Assembly (NCBI GenBank): GCA_040264055.1
Contig: JBDQJC010000009.1
Location: 2,315-66,314 of the forward strand
Source: Planctomycetota bacterium
GTDB taxonomy: Bacteria > Planctomycetota > UBA1135
Direction: 5' to 3'
DNA: 64,000 nucleotides
Below the pieces are notes generated by a model. That model worked only from the letters and a program-made list of their open reading frames with translations. It was not told the DNA's origin and ran no database searches. The translations under genes and the position numbers were made by a program. This document shows positions 49,255 through 58,888 of this stretch, one piece after another (position 1 is the first letter of the stretch; the number at the start of each line of letters is the position of its first letter).

Positions 49255-50762
49255 GGAACAAACTGAATCCGTCGCGGCAGCGAGGTATGGAGACCAATAG
49301 GCACGCTGCCCCATTCCTCGTACAGCACCACGGCCATCCAAAGTTCGCGACCGATCAGCAAGTGAGATCTTGGTCCAGGAGTGAGCGTCGCGAGCGCATC
49401 GCCGTCCGCATCGAGCGTGCCCCAGAATCCTGTGCTGCCCCGAATCTTGGTTCCGGCCAAGGTTCGGCCAAGGAAGGGACTCCAACCCAATGGCAGTGGG
49501 AAGTCGTTGATCCATGTCCTCTCGCCGAATGTACATTCGCTAGCGAGCACAACATAGCGCGTGCCGGCGCGGACGGAAGAAAAGTCGATCGTCGCGTAGC
49601 ACGTGTCTTGCGTGCTCGCGGAGATCGTGCCCGGATCGAGGGCTAGACCAGGAAGCAAAGAGATAACTTCTACGCCGCTGGATCCGCTTTGCATGAGCAG
49701 GTCGGTTACGCCGTCGCCGTTGTCATCCGGATAGCTTCCGATGAGACCGGTGAAGCCAAACACAGAGGAGAAGCGTTGTCCTGTGACGTACGAGTAGAAG
49801 TCGGTCCGACTCCGGTTCCACGATTCGCCGATGAGGTCATCGACCCCGTCGCCATCGATGTCGGGAAACGGAGTGAGCACTCCAGATGATGCGCCACCCA
49901 AGTTCGGCCCACTGAAAATGACCTGGCCAGTCGCGCCATCAAGGATCTGAAGGATTGAATTGAGAAAGCAGATATCGGGTGTGCCATTCCCGTTCTGATC
50001 CGGGACTGCCCCGGCGCCGGCGACGTTTTGCCACCATGGGTACTCCCAATGCTCTTGCCCCGTGGCTGCTGTCACGACACGGTAGGTTATGCCGAATACA
50101 TCTTGTGCGACAATGACTTCGGCTTGGCCGTCATGGTCAACATCGCCGAGCGGACTGCAGTAGTCGGCACCCGTGATCGCTCCGATCCGCTTGTTGCGAG
50201 CGAACGAGTAGAAGATCAGGCCAAGGTAAAAATCCGGACGAAAGCTGATCCCGATGTCCTCGAAGCCGTCTCCATCAAGATCTCCGACCTGGGAAAGACT
50301 GGAGGCGAAGCGAGGCACTCCACCAGGGTTGTCGAAACGTTGCATGAGGCTTCCGTCGATTCCCGAGTAGAGAAAGACCGCACCCTCGCCTGCGTTCGCG
50401 GTTTGCGTTGCGACGACGAACTCGTCAATGGCATCGCCATTCAAGTCACCGATCAGGAGAAGCGAGTCTCCGAGTCGATCTCCGGTGTCGCCGTCTACCC
50501 GGAATAGCGCGGAACCATCCGCCCCAGAGATCACGCGTAGGCTGCCCGCGTCGAGGCCAGCGGTTGAGTCGCTCGGATCTCCAATGAGAACATCGGCGAA
50601 CCCGTCGCCGTCGAAGTCATGAATGCGAACAAAGCGCGGCTGCCCAGGGAAGTCGCCAATCTGGCGTGACCATTCAAAGTCTCCTTGGGCGGGAGCGATC
50701 GCTACTGCAGCAATCGTGCTGACACCGGTCAGGAGGGATGAGAATTTTGTGCGAAGAATCAT
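49251..50762 (-). CDS. Secreted FG-GAP (integrin alpha-like) repeat protein with shared C-terminal domain
   Basis: ATG 50762 overlapping upstream stop; repeats DFDGDGFAD, DLNGDAID, DLDGDGFED, DVDHDG, DIDGDGVDD. Confidence 0.82.
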   Translation of the reverse strand: MILRTKFSSLLTGVSTIAAVAIAPAQGDFEWSRQIGDFPGQPRFVRIHDFDGDGFADVLIGDPSDSTAGLDAGSLRVISGADGSALFRVDGDTGDRLGDSLLLIGDLNGDAIDEFVVATQTANAGEGAVFLYSGIDGSLMQRFDNPGGVPRFASSLSQVGDLDGDGFEDIGISFRPDFYLGLIFYSFARNKRIGAITGADYCSPLGDVDHDGQAEVIVAQDVFGITYRVVTAATGQEHWEYPWWQNVAGAGAVPDQNGNGTPDICFLNSILQILDGATGQVIFSGPNLGGASSGVLTPFPDIDGDGVDDLIGESWNRSRTDFYSYVTGQRFSSVFGFTGLIGSYPDDNGDGVTDLLMQSGSSGVEVISLLPGLALDPGTISASTQDTCYATIDFSSVRAGTRYVVLASECTFGERTWINDFPLPLGWSPFLGRTLAGTKIRGSTGFWGTLDADGDALATLTPGPRSHLLIGRELWMAVVLYEEWGSVPIGLHTSLPRRIQFVP

Positions 50763-52375
50763 GGGGCAATCTCCAGAGTGAGGGGGAAGGAACACTTCGT
50801 ACCAATTCGGACTGAGCCGATAGCATCGAATAGAACTGCAGCGAGGTGAAACTCGGCGCCTACCCATGCGGACATGCCGGGGCCCGCCTGAAGGCTCGCA
50901 TACGCTCGACCGTCTGCCCCGAGTCGACCTATGAAGCCAGTCGAGTGCGGTGGAGTCATTCCCGCCATTCCAGCATCAAAGAGTTCATCCTGGCTTAAGG
51001 GGATTCTGAATCCATTGACTGAGGTAGGGCCATAACCTGTGTACGAAGCGAGAATGCGGTAGCTTGAGCCGGCGTCAGTTCGGGGGAATGTCAGGAATAG
51101 ACGCAGCGGCTCCGATGCACTGAGAGAAAGTTCGGTCGTATCTGCAATCAAGAGTCGGTTGTAGCCCGTCACGCGGACACTTCCTTCGTTTCCGTCGAAC
51201 GGAGCACCGATAAGCAGCTCAACTTGATCGTCTTGGTCGACGTCACCGAGTGTGTCGAGGCGGTAGCCGAACGAACTCTTCCTGGGACCTTGGATGCGTG
51301 TAAGAAGCCGGTGATCTGCGCTTGAATAAACGCTTACATATCCGCCCATATAGGGGCGGTCCAGCCGCTTCTGTTTCGCGCTGATTGCGTAGTCGTCAAT
51401 TCCATCGCCGTTGAAATCGCCAAGTCCGACGACTCGGGTCCCGAATCGATCATTGGGGCGCGTTCCGGAATGCTCGTGCAAAGTGATTCCGGTGCGGCCA
51501 TCCAAGATTGAGGCGCTGCCGGTCTGGCTATCGGTGAGTGGGGCGCCAACAAGCACCTCAGGGACACCGTCGTCATTGATGTCGGGCGCACGGCCGACCG
51601 CGCTTCCGAAACTGCTGCCGGCTAGACCTGACGCTCTCCAGATCGTGCGGCCGGTTGCCCCGGAAACCGCAATCACGGCACCTGTTGAGGAGCCCGCCGC
51701 AGAGTACCCAGGGATACCGATGACAAAGTCATCATGAAGGTCGCCGTTGAGGTCCGCGACAGGGGCAAAGGGGCCAGCGGGCAATCGATACATTAGGTCA
51801 CCGCTTGCGCCGGAGTGCACAAAGACGCCGCCTCCGGTGTAGGCGAAGTCGTCGAAGCCATCCGCATCAAGGTCGCCGACGCCACCGACCTTCCTGCCGA
51901 TGCTTTGCCGAGCGACTTGAGCGTCGATCACCCAGAGATCCGAACCATCTGCCCCCGAGCGCACATAGACACGTCCGCCCAAACCGCCGCTCGGTTCGCC
52001 AATCATGTAGTCGCCGATTCCATCCGCATCTACGTCCCCGGCATCGCCCACGCCATATCCGAACTCGCCAAATTGCTCGATGGCATCCTCGCGACGGACA
52101 AGCGCTCCGTTCGCGCCGGACAAGAAAACGACAGCCGGAGCTTTGTCGCCAACCCGGCTCAGCGGCTTGCCGATGAGGACATCACGGACGCCATCACCGT
52201 CCTGATCAGACACCGCGCACACGCCTGACTCCTTGGTATAGACGAAGTGGTCGCTCCAGGTCCAGCGATCGGAAACTCCGGGGTCTTGAGCGCCGCTAAA
52301 CGGTGCGAGAACCTGAAATGCGGCGCAGCCGAGTACCGCGTAACGCGCCCAGGTAACGAAGGTCGAAGTGTTCAT
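50759..52375 (-). CDS. Secreted FG-GAP (integrin alpha-like) repeat protein with shared C-terminal domain
   Basis: ATG 52375; FG..V..GDVDADG, VLVGAP, LLIGAP, SGA.G repeats. Confidence 0.85.
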   Translation of the reverse strand: MNTSTFVTWARYAVLGCAAFQVLAPFSGAQDPGVSDRWTWSDHFVYTKESGVCAVSDQDGDGVRDVLIGKPLSRVGDKAPAVVFLSGANGALVRREDAIEQFGEFGYGVGDAGDVDADGIGDYMIGEPSGGLGGRVYVRSGADGSDLWVIDAQVARQSIGRKVGGVGDLDADGFDDFAYTGGGVFVHSGASGDLMYRLPAGPFAPVADLNGDLHDDFVIGIPGYSAAGSSTGAVIAVSGATGRTIWRASGLAGSSFGSAVGRAPDINDDGVPEVLVGAPLTDSQTGSASILDGRTGITLHEHSGTRPNDRFGTRVVGLGDFNGDGIDDYAISAKQKRLDRPYMGGYVSVYSSADHRLLTRIQGPRKSSFGYRLDTLGDVDQDDQVELLIGAPFDGNEGSVRVTGYNRLLIADTTELSLSASEPLRLFLTFPRTDAGSSYRILASYTGYGPTSVNGFRIPLSQDELFDAGMAGMTPPHSTGFIGRLGADGRAYASLQAGPGMSAWVGAEFHLAAVLFDAIGSVRIGTKCSFPLTLEIAP

Positions 52376-52746
52376 TGGAATGTGATCTCTTTGGTAGAGG
52401 TTGCGACCGACGCCTTTCTGCCGACCGGTTCGTAGATCGAGGCGGAATCGCACTCGGTGTCGAATGTGATTCCGATTGGAAGGGAGCGAGCCGACTGAAT
52501 CCAGGTTGCAGAAACGTCAGAATCACTCGCATTCACTCCCACTCAATCCGGGTTTTCGCCGGTGTGAACGGGCAATGAGCACTCTTCCAAGCTTTGCGGT
52601 GCAACCGCAATCGAAGCTGCGAAGCCAGCCAGGAGTAAGAGTTCCCCCAGCTCTATTGTCCGATAACTCCCGACGCGACTCCTGCCAAGGTCATTCTTCA
52701 GCGCGCCGCTGTGGAGTCGATTTCTCTATGGCAGCTGTTTCATCAG

Positions 52747-54267
52747 CTACTGGATGACATAGCGGATTGGTTGGCTTGAGGCAGTGATCGGTCCGTTCGC
52801 GGGAAAATGCACTGCGACACCGTAGATCGGGATTCCGTGGGGAAGCCCCCAAGGAAGGTACGGATGTGCACGCGAGAATTCGCCGTTCTCGTCGAGTCTG
52901 CCGCGGAAGATTCCTGACTTGCTATGGAACTTCCATTGCAGTTCTCGCTGAGGAATAAACAGTCCATGGAAGTTGCCGCTACCGAGCCCCAGTTCATTAC
53001 GCGGATCCTGCGTGCTGACGAAGAAGAAGCGCTCGAAGGGGGCGCCGCCATCCAGGCTGATACGTAGCGTCTGATCGCCACCCGGTTGATCGACGGTCAT
53101 CTTGAATGCAGGAGCGCTGGGGACATTCTCTAGCCAGCCGATCTTGCGCCCGCTCCAAACAACGAGGTCGAGATCGTGATCACCGTCAAGATCAACCGCG
53201 GGAGCAATGCGATCGTATTGGCCGTTCGGGTCGCCGGCTGTCCGGAAGTACAGTTGGAATGAACTCTGCCCGACGTTGTCAAAGACAAGGACTTCGGCGT
53301 CATTTCGCGAGTAAGCAAACTCGATGTCTCCGTCTCCATCGAAGTCGGCGCTTGCCCCTCGCGCGTAGCCATCTGTGAAATTCGGCCAACCGTGCATAAG
53401 GTGAATACTCTCAAACGAGTAGCTTGGCCCTCCTTGTGACCAATACCCCTTGAGTGAGTGGGAAAAGTCGGTGCGCCAGTAAGTAGTCAAGACCTCCGCG
53501 AAACCATCTCGGTTGAGGTCGACAGCATCGACTAGATGAGAGTTTGAACGTTCATCGATTTCGTGTTCGACGAAGAGTGCATCTCCATCGTTTTCCCACC
53601 AGCTAATGATGCCGTCGAGAAAAATACCGTTGCCAATCGTGACCGTCACAATGTCGGGGATCTGGTCCGAGTTGAAGTCTCGGACAACGAGGTAGCCGAT
53701 CGATCCCCAGGTGCGACTCGTTCCAATGTTGTGATAAGAGAAGTTGAGTTGCCCGTCGTTCCTGAGCATGGCAAGGTGGTTGCGCTCATCTCGCACGATG
53801 AGGTCAAGGTCGCCGTCGAGATCGAGGTCTGCCGGGAATTCGAATGCGAGGAGTCCACTGGAAGACGGGAAGTCGAAAATCACGGTCCAGTCAAATTGAG
53901 CGTGGCCGAGGTTTTCGCCGATCGCGAGTTGCAGGTTCGATGCAGTGAGATATCCACAAGCGATGATGTCGAGGTCGCCATCGCCGTCCACGTCTCCTGC
54001 GCCGAGCTGCGGGATATTGCCGACTTGCCAGCCTCTAGAAGAAGAAAAACCCCCTGCGCCATCGTTCTCATGGAAACGGACCTCAGAGGCACCGGAGGCC
54101 ATCAAGTCAGCATCTCCGTCTTGATCAAAGTCACCGGCAACGACCCCGGCCCACTGGGCACCGCCTACTCCTGGAATTTCGTGATCGACCCAGTCAGATT
54201 GAGCGTGTAGCGATGGAATCGCCGCGATCCACACGGCGAGTGCGAGAATTTGAGGTGCATGTTTCAT
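52747..54267 (-). CDS. Secreted VCBS/FG-GAP repeat protein with shared C-terminal domain
   Basis: Signal peptide; DFDQDGDAD, DVDGDGDLD, DLDLDGDLD, WWENDG, WLEN. Confidence 0.82.
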   Translation of the reverse strand: MKHAPQILALAVWIAAIPSLHAQSDWVDHEIPGVGGAQWAGVVAGDFDQDGDADLMASGASEVRFHENDGAGGFSSSRGWQVGNIPQLGAGDVDGDGDLDIIACGYLTASNLQLAIGENLGHAQFDWTVIFDFPSSSGLLAFEFPADLDLDGDLDLIVRDERNHLAMLRNDGQLNFSYHNIGTSRTWGSIGYLVVRDFNSDQIPDIVTVTIGNGIFLDGIISWWENDGDALFVEHEIDERSNSHLVDAVDLNRDGFAEVLTTYWRTDFSHSLKGYWSQGGPSYSFESIHLMHGWPNFTDGYARGASADFDGDGDIEFAYSRNDAEVLVFDNVGQSSFQLYFRTAGDPNGQYDRIAPAVDLDGDHDLDLVVWSGRKIGWLENVPSAPAFKMTVDQPGGDQTLRISLDGGAPFERFFFVSTQDPRNELGLGSGNFHGLFIPQRELQWKFHSKSGIFRGRLDENGEFSRAHPYLPWGLPHGIPIYGVAVHFPANGPITASSQPIRYVIQ

Positions 54268-54374
54268 TTGGAATGACCTTTCGGCACTGTTCCTCTACAC
54301 CGCAGAAAGCCTCTCGACAAGGGGGTGAGTTCGAGAATCGCTCCTCGATCGAGCCGGTTCGAAACAGGGGCGAA

Positions 54375-55046
54375 CTAGTCGACCCGGAACATCGGGTATG
54401 GCGTTGGAAACAAGGCGCCAAGCTCGGGAACCTCGCTCGGTTGCACGTAGCCCTGCAGCATGCGCAGTTCATCCATCGCGCGTTCGGTCAAGATTTGCAA
54501 ATGCGTGTGACTGAACCAGTGGCCGGTATCGGCGCCTTCGCCGGTGATGGCGAATGAGGTGCCCGCAGTCAGGGCTTGCCCGACTTCCACCTGGAAAGCT
54601 GAGTTCAGGTGACCATAGAAGCTGAAGAAGCGCACGGCTTCAAGTTCATGGCGCAGCACCACATAACCGCCGTAGTTGCCGAGCCCAGCATCGACCCCGG
54701 TCGCGTGCACCGTCGCGTCGAGCGGGGCGTGCAAGGCTTCGCCCGCTTGCACGATGATGTCCAGGCCGGCGTGGATGACTCGTCCTTCTTCGATCATCTG
54801 CGGGAAGCGATGCAAGAGCGCAGTTCGGTCTTCCAAGTAGTTGCCAAGCCCCCAGCTCTTTCCGCTCGTTCCAAGATCGGCGAAGATCTGCGCCTGGAAG
54901 GTCTCGTAGTCGTCCGTCACATACTCGGCGACCCGCGGGTTGGCTGCGGTGAAGTCGAAGATGTACGGGTCTCCTTGCAGCAGCTCCCCAAACAAAGGGA
55001 AAGGCCGAAACGAGACTGCACGCGTTAGTTTCAGATAGCGGCTCAT
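54375..55046 (-). CDS. M23 family metallopeptidase-like protein, no signal peptide
   Basis: HAGLD (HxxxD), YGGYVVLRH, YGHL, HTHLQ (HxH). Confidence 0.82.
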   Translation of the reverse strand: MSRYLKLTRAVSFRPFPLFGELLQGDPYIFDFTAANPRVAEYVTDDYETFQAQIFADLGTSGKSWGLGNYLEDRTALLHRFPQMIEEGRVIHAGLDIIVQAGEALHAPLDATVHATGVDAGLGNYGGYVVLRHELEAVRFFSFYGHLNSAFQVEVGQALTAGTSFAITGEGADTGHWFSHTHLQILTERAMDELRMLQGYVQPSEVPELGALFPTPYPMFRVD

Positions 55047-55068
55047 GCCCAGGGCGAAGCTGCTGTGG

Positions 55069-56295
55069 CTAGGCCAAGAAAGGCTCGTCGATCGAGCGCG
55101 AAGGCTGCGTGAACCAACGCGGCCCGGTCTCGGTCATGTAGAAGTGATCTTCGAGGCGAACGCCAAATTCACCCGGGGCACAGATCATTGGTTCGTTGCT
55201 AAAGCACATGCCCGGGGCAAGTGGGGTGCGGTCGCTCGCCACCAGGTAAGGGCCTTCGTGAATGTCGAGGCCAATGCCATGGCCGGTGCGGTGCGGCAAT
55301 CCAGGCAAGGAATAGTGGGGGCCGAAGCCATGCGATTCAATGCAGCGGCGCGCGGCAGCATCGACCTCGCCGCAGGGCACGCCAATCTGCGCGGCATCGA
55401 AGGCCGCGGCCTGGGCTTCCTTCTCGGCGTTCCAAATCTGACGGTGCCGTTCAGTCGGTTCGCCAAAGACATAACTACGCGTGATGTCCGATTGATACCC
55501 GTGCAAAGTGCAGCCGGTATCGATGAGCACCATGTCTCCATCTTGCAGAGTTTGTGGGTGGGGCACGCCGTGCGGGTAGGCCGTGGCTTCGCCAAACAGC
55601 ACGATGACGAAACTGTTGCCGCCCGGTGCGCCCAAGGCTTGATGGGCCTGGTTCAAGAAAGCCTCGACCTCGGTGGTCACGATGCCTGGCCGCAAGATGG
55701 CCGCCGCGGCTTCATGCGCTTCCAAGGTCATATCCTTGGCGCGCTGCAGCAAGGCGAGTTCGGCGGCCGATTTGCAACCGCGGCAGGTCTGCACCAATGG
55801 GCCGGCATCGATCAACTCGCAATCCGGCGCGGCTGCGCGAATGCCCTCGGTAATGAAGAAAGGCGCGCTTGAATCGATCGCGATTCGCAGAGTCTTGCCG
55901 TCGGACTTGCCCAAGCCAAGCGCAGACAAAGTCTGGCGCAACAGGGTGTACGGGCTTTCGTGCTCGTGCCACAGCGCGACCGGCCCGCCGATCACCATGC
56001 GCTGCTCGAGCGTGCCGAGTTCAAAGTGCGGCGCGAGGTAGTGCAGCTTTCCATCGGCGGTCAACAGCGCGCCGACCAAGCGTTCGCTCGGGTACCAACT
56101 CGTGCCCGTGAAGTAGAGAAGGTTCGAACCGGCGTGCAGATACAGCGCGTCGATCTTGTCAGCGCGCATCTGGGCCTGCACTGCGGCAATGCGCGCCTGA
56201 TGTTCCTCGGCGCCAATCGGGGCGACACCGCCGGTCCGATCGCCAAGTAGAGCCAGTTGTTCCTGGGGAGTGCTGCCGCCGATTCCTTTTGTCAT
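55069..56295 (-). CDS. Xaa-Pro dipeptidase (M24B)
   Basis: DTG, YQSDITR, HRTGHGIGLDIHE, SNEP, GVRLEDH; ATG 56295 with GGAG upstream. Confidence 0.92.
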   Translation of the reverse strand: MTKGIGGSTPQEQLALLGDRTGGVAPIGAEEHQARIAAVQAQMRADKIDALYLHAGSNLLYFTGTSWYPSERLVGALLTADGKLHYLAPHFELGTLEQRMVIGGPVALWHEHESPYTLLRQTLSALGLGKSDGKTLRIAIDSSAPFFITEGIRAAAPDCELIDAGPLVQTCRGCKSAAELALLQRAKDMTLEAHEAAAAILRPGIVTTEVEAFLNQAHQALGAPGGNSFVIVLFGEATAYPHGVPHPQTLQDGDMVLIDTGCTLHGYQSDITRSYVFGEPTERHRQIWNAEKEAQAAAFDAAQIGVPCGEVDAAARRCIESHGFGPHYSLPGLPHRTGHGIGLDIHEGPYLVASDRTPLAPGMCFSNEPMICAPGEFGVRLEDHFYMTETGPRWFTQPSRSIDEPFLA

Positions 56296-56386
56296 CTGTT
56301 TCTCCAATGAGGCTTCTGAGGCTAGGTCGTCGCCCGCTGTCGCGCCACGAGAATCCAGCCCTCGCGACCCTTGTTAGCATGATGAA

Positions 56387-58174
56387 ATGCTGCTTTCCCT
56401 CATTTTGGCATTTTCCGCGGCCGCCCAAGAGCCGGTCTTTCCGGAAGGAGCAGAGATTCCGCGCTCGTTAACGCCTGCTGAAGCGGCGTGGCTGATCGAC
56501 CACCCCTTGTTGCCACCGGCCGGCGCGATTGCACCCCCGACCGATGTCTGGTGCCCACCCGAGTACGCGCCGATGGACGGCATTTTGATCGCTTGGGAAG
56601 GCTCGGGCAGTTGGACCACGATCCTGGCCAAGATGGCGAAAGAGATCACCACCGTCGGCGACGCCGAGGTGCACGTGATGGTGGATTCGACGAGTGAGCG
56701 CAGCTCAGCTCGCAGTAAGCTGCAAAGCAACGGCGCCGACATGAATCGCGTGGTCTTCCACGTCGTGTCGACCGACACGATTTGGATCCGCGATTACGGC
56801 CCTCGTTACATCTATCAAGGCCAGGTTCGCAGCGTGGTTGATCATGTTTACAACCGCCCGCGGCCGCGCGATGACGACCAACCGATCTACTTCGCCCAGG
56901 CGCTGGGCCACGCCCGCTACGACATTCCGCTGATTCATGGTGGGGGCAACTTCCATTTGGATGGCCTCGATGGCGGCTACGCCACGCGTTTGATCAACAA
57001 CGAAAACTCGGGCAAGACCGAGCAACAGATCGCCGACCTTTGGCGCGATTACCAGGGTCTCGAGATGGAGTTCTTTGACCCTTACTCGAGCAGTATTGAC
57101 TCGACGCAGCATCTAGATATGTGGATGCAAGTGATCGCCGACGATGTGGTCGTGATCAGCGATTGGGTCAACAATCCGGGTTCGGCGCAGGACCAAATTT
57201 GCGAAGCCGCGGTCGTCGAAATGCAGGCACGCGGGTTTACGGTGCACCGTACCCCGGCGCGCCGCAGTGGGGGCACGCACTACACCTACACCAACGTGGT
57301 GATGTGTAACGACTTGGTGCTCATCCCGAGCTACACGAACGGAACGATTACCCAATACAACGCGCAAGCGCTGGCGATCTGGCAGCAGGCTTGCCCGGGC
57401 AAGGCGATCGTGCAGATCAATGCGCAAGACATCGTCACTTCGGCGGGGGTCCTGCATTGCATCGTCATGCACCTCCCTGCGCACTTGGGTGGGGTCAACC
57501 CGACCGCACGCTTGACCACCCAGCCCGGTGGCGTTGCCTATGACGGCGGCGAGCAAGTTTTGGTCGAGTGGCTTTCCGACGACGACGTGCAAGCGACCGC
57601 AGCTGAGTTATGGCTCACTTGGAATGGCGGCGCGAATACTAACCTGGTCGCAAGTGGTCTGACTGCATCCGGCAGCACGATTTGGACGGTGCCCAGCGTG
57701 GATCTGAGCGGCGCTCAACTGGAGCTGCGCGTGTTCGACGCCGACGGTAACACTGGGTCGAATGCTTCCACCGAGTTTTCAATTGGCGATGCCGCGGCAA
57801 GCCTGATTTACGGCGACGGCAAGGCCGGAAGCCAGGGCGTACCGCAACTCGTCTCGAGCGCCTTGCCGGTGCTCGGCGCAAGTCTGGACCTACAGCTTTC
57901 CTCTGCACTACCAAGCGGCCGCGCCTACCTGATCCGAGGCTTCGCAAGTGACAACGCGAGTTTCGACGGGGCCACTATTTGGGTCGATTACGACCAAGTT
58001 TACCCTCTGCAACTCGACGCATCGGGCGCGGCGATTCTTGCCGCAAACGTGCCGAGCGGCGCGCATCTCGCTGGCTACTCGGTCTACTTCCAAGCATGGG
58101 TACCGAATGACCCGCAGGCGGCAGGCGCTGGCTGGGCAAGTTCCGCGGGCCTTGAACTGCGGCTTGGTTACTGA
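56387..58174 (+). CDS. Secreted agmatine/peptidylarginine deiminase family protein with Ig-like and shared C-terminal domains
   Basis: Signal peptide; PPEY, WIRDYGP, GGN, HLD, YTN, GVLHC; C-terminus VYFQAWV..SAGLELRLGY. Confidence 0.88.
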   Translation: MLLSLILAFSAAAQEPVFPEGAEIPRSLTPAEAAWLIDHPLLPPAGAIAPPTDVWCPPEYAPMDGILIAWEGSGSWTTILAKMAKEITTVGDAEVHVMVDSTSERSSARSKLQSNGADMNRVVFHVVSTDTIWIRDYGPRYIYQGQVRSVVDHVYNRPRPRDDDQPIYFAQALGHARYDIPLIHGGGNFHLDGLDGGYATRLINNENSGKTEQQIADLWRDYQGLEMEFFDPYSSSIDSTQHLDMWMQVIADDVVVISDWVNNPGSAQDQICEAAVVEMQARGFTVHRTPARRSGGTHYTYTNVVMCNDLVLIPSYTNGTITQYNAQALAIWQQACPGKAIVQINAQDIVTSAGVLHCIVMHLPAHLGGVNPTARLTTQPGGVAYDGGEQVLVEWLSDDDVQATAAELWLTWNGGANTNLVASGLTASGSTIWTVPSVDLSGAQLELRVFDADGNTGSNASTEFSIGDAAASLIYGDGKAGSQGVPQLVSSALPVLGASLDLQLSSALPSGRAYLIRGFASDNASFDGATIWVDYDQVYPLQLDASGAAILAANVPSGAHLAGYSVYFQAWVPNDPQAAGAGWASSAGLELRLGY

Positions 58175-58211
58175 TCGAAACAACTCATCATTTGATCAGC
58201 CTCGATTCACG

Positions 58212-58763
58212 CTATTCCTGTTTCGGCGGGAATTGCGCCAGGATTGCTTCGACGGTTTCGCGTACTCGCAGAGCTCGTTCCTGCGGCGTATCGGCGCCAA
58301 AACTATTCAGCTCGCCGATGCCGCGCCAAAGGAGGCGTTCTCCGTCCGGAGCGAGAAAGTCCAATACCAGGATGGACTCGGGATAAATCGCAAAGGTCGT
58401 GTCCGTGTAGATCGGCAGGCCGTTCCACCAAGGGTGGCCCGATGTCGAACCGTAGCTGCTCGTCCAGGCTTCAACCCGTTCGCGGGTGACGACCTGTTGA
58501 TGGACGAGAAAGTCGACCGTCGGTTCCGTGGTCAATGCGTACCCGTTCTGCTCGAGCCAAGGGTCCACTGCAGCGCGCACGCGCAATACCAAGAAGTTGC
58601 CCTGCACCAGTTCTGCGGTTTGCGGGGGTACCCCGTCGATCCAGGCGTAGCTGTGCAGGGCAGAAAAATCGACTTCGGGGTCGTAGTCGGAATCAACAGC
58701 GATGCCGGAGCATGCCGTGAGCAAGGCCAGAAGCAAACTTGCGGAACAGAGTCGAAGGTTCAT
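58212..58763 (-). CDS. DUF4136 family lipoprotein
   Basis: Lipobox LTAC, DYDPEVDF..SYAW, LVLDF..LLWRG, ILAQFPP. Confidence 0.82.
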   Translation of the reverse strand: MNLRLCSASLLLALLTACSGIAVDSDYDPEVDFSALHSYAWIDGVPPQTAELVQGNFLVLRVRAAVDPWLEQNGYALTTEPTVDFLVHQQVVTRERVEAWTSSYGSTSGHPWWNGLPIYTDTTFAIYPESILVLDFLAPDGERLLWRGIGELNSFGADTPQERALRVRETVEAILAQFPPKQE

Positions 58764-58813
58764 GGTTCATGCACTCCTTTGAATCAAGATAACGGGCTTC
58801 GATGAGTCGAGGT

Positions 58814-58850
58814 AAAGAAGAACGGGCGCCGCCAAGAGCGACGCCCGTTC
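58814..58850 (-). terminator. Rho-independent terminator after S8 peptidase
   Basis: Minus strand GAACGGGCGTCGC-TCTTG-GCGGCGCCCGTTC stem (one G-U pair) followed by TTCTTT. Confidence 0.7.
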
Positions 58851-58888
58851 TCACAGAGGCTGCACGAAATGCAGACCTGCCGGTGAGC

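Noticed and set aside
979-58174. Other TGA stops considered for read-through (981, 4505, 8652, 48732, 58174)
   Set aside because: No in-frame continuation of the domain architecture seen, so a genome-wide UGA reassignment is not supported
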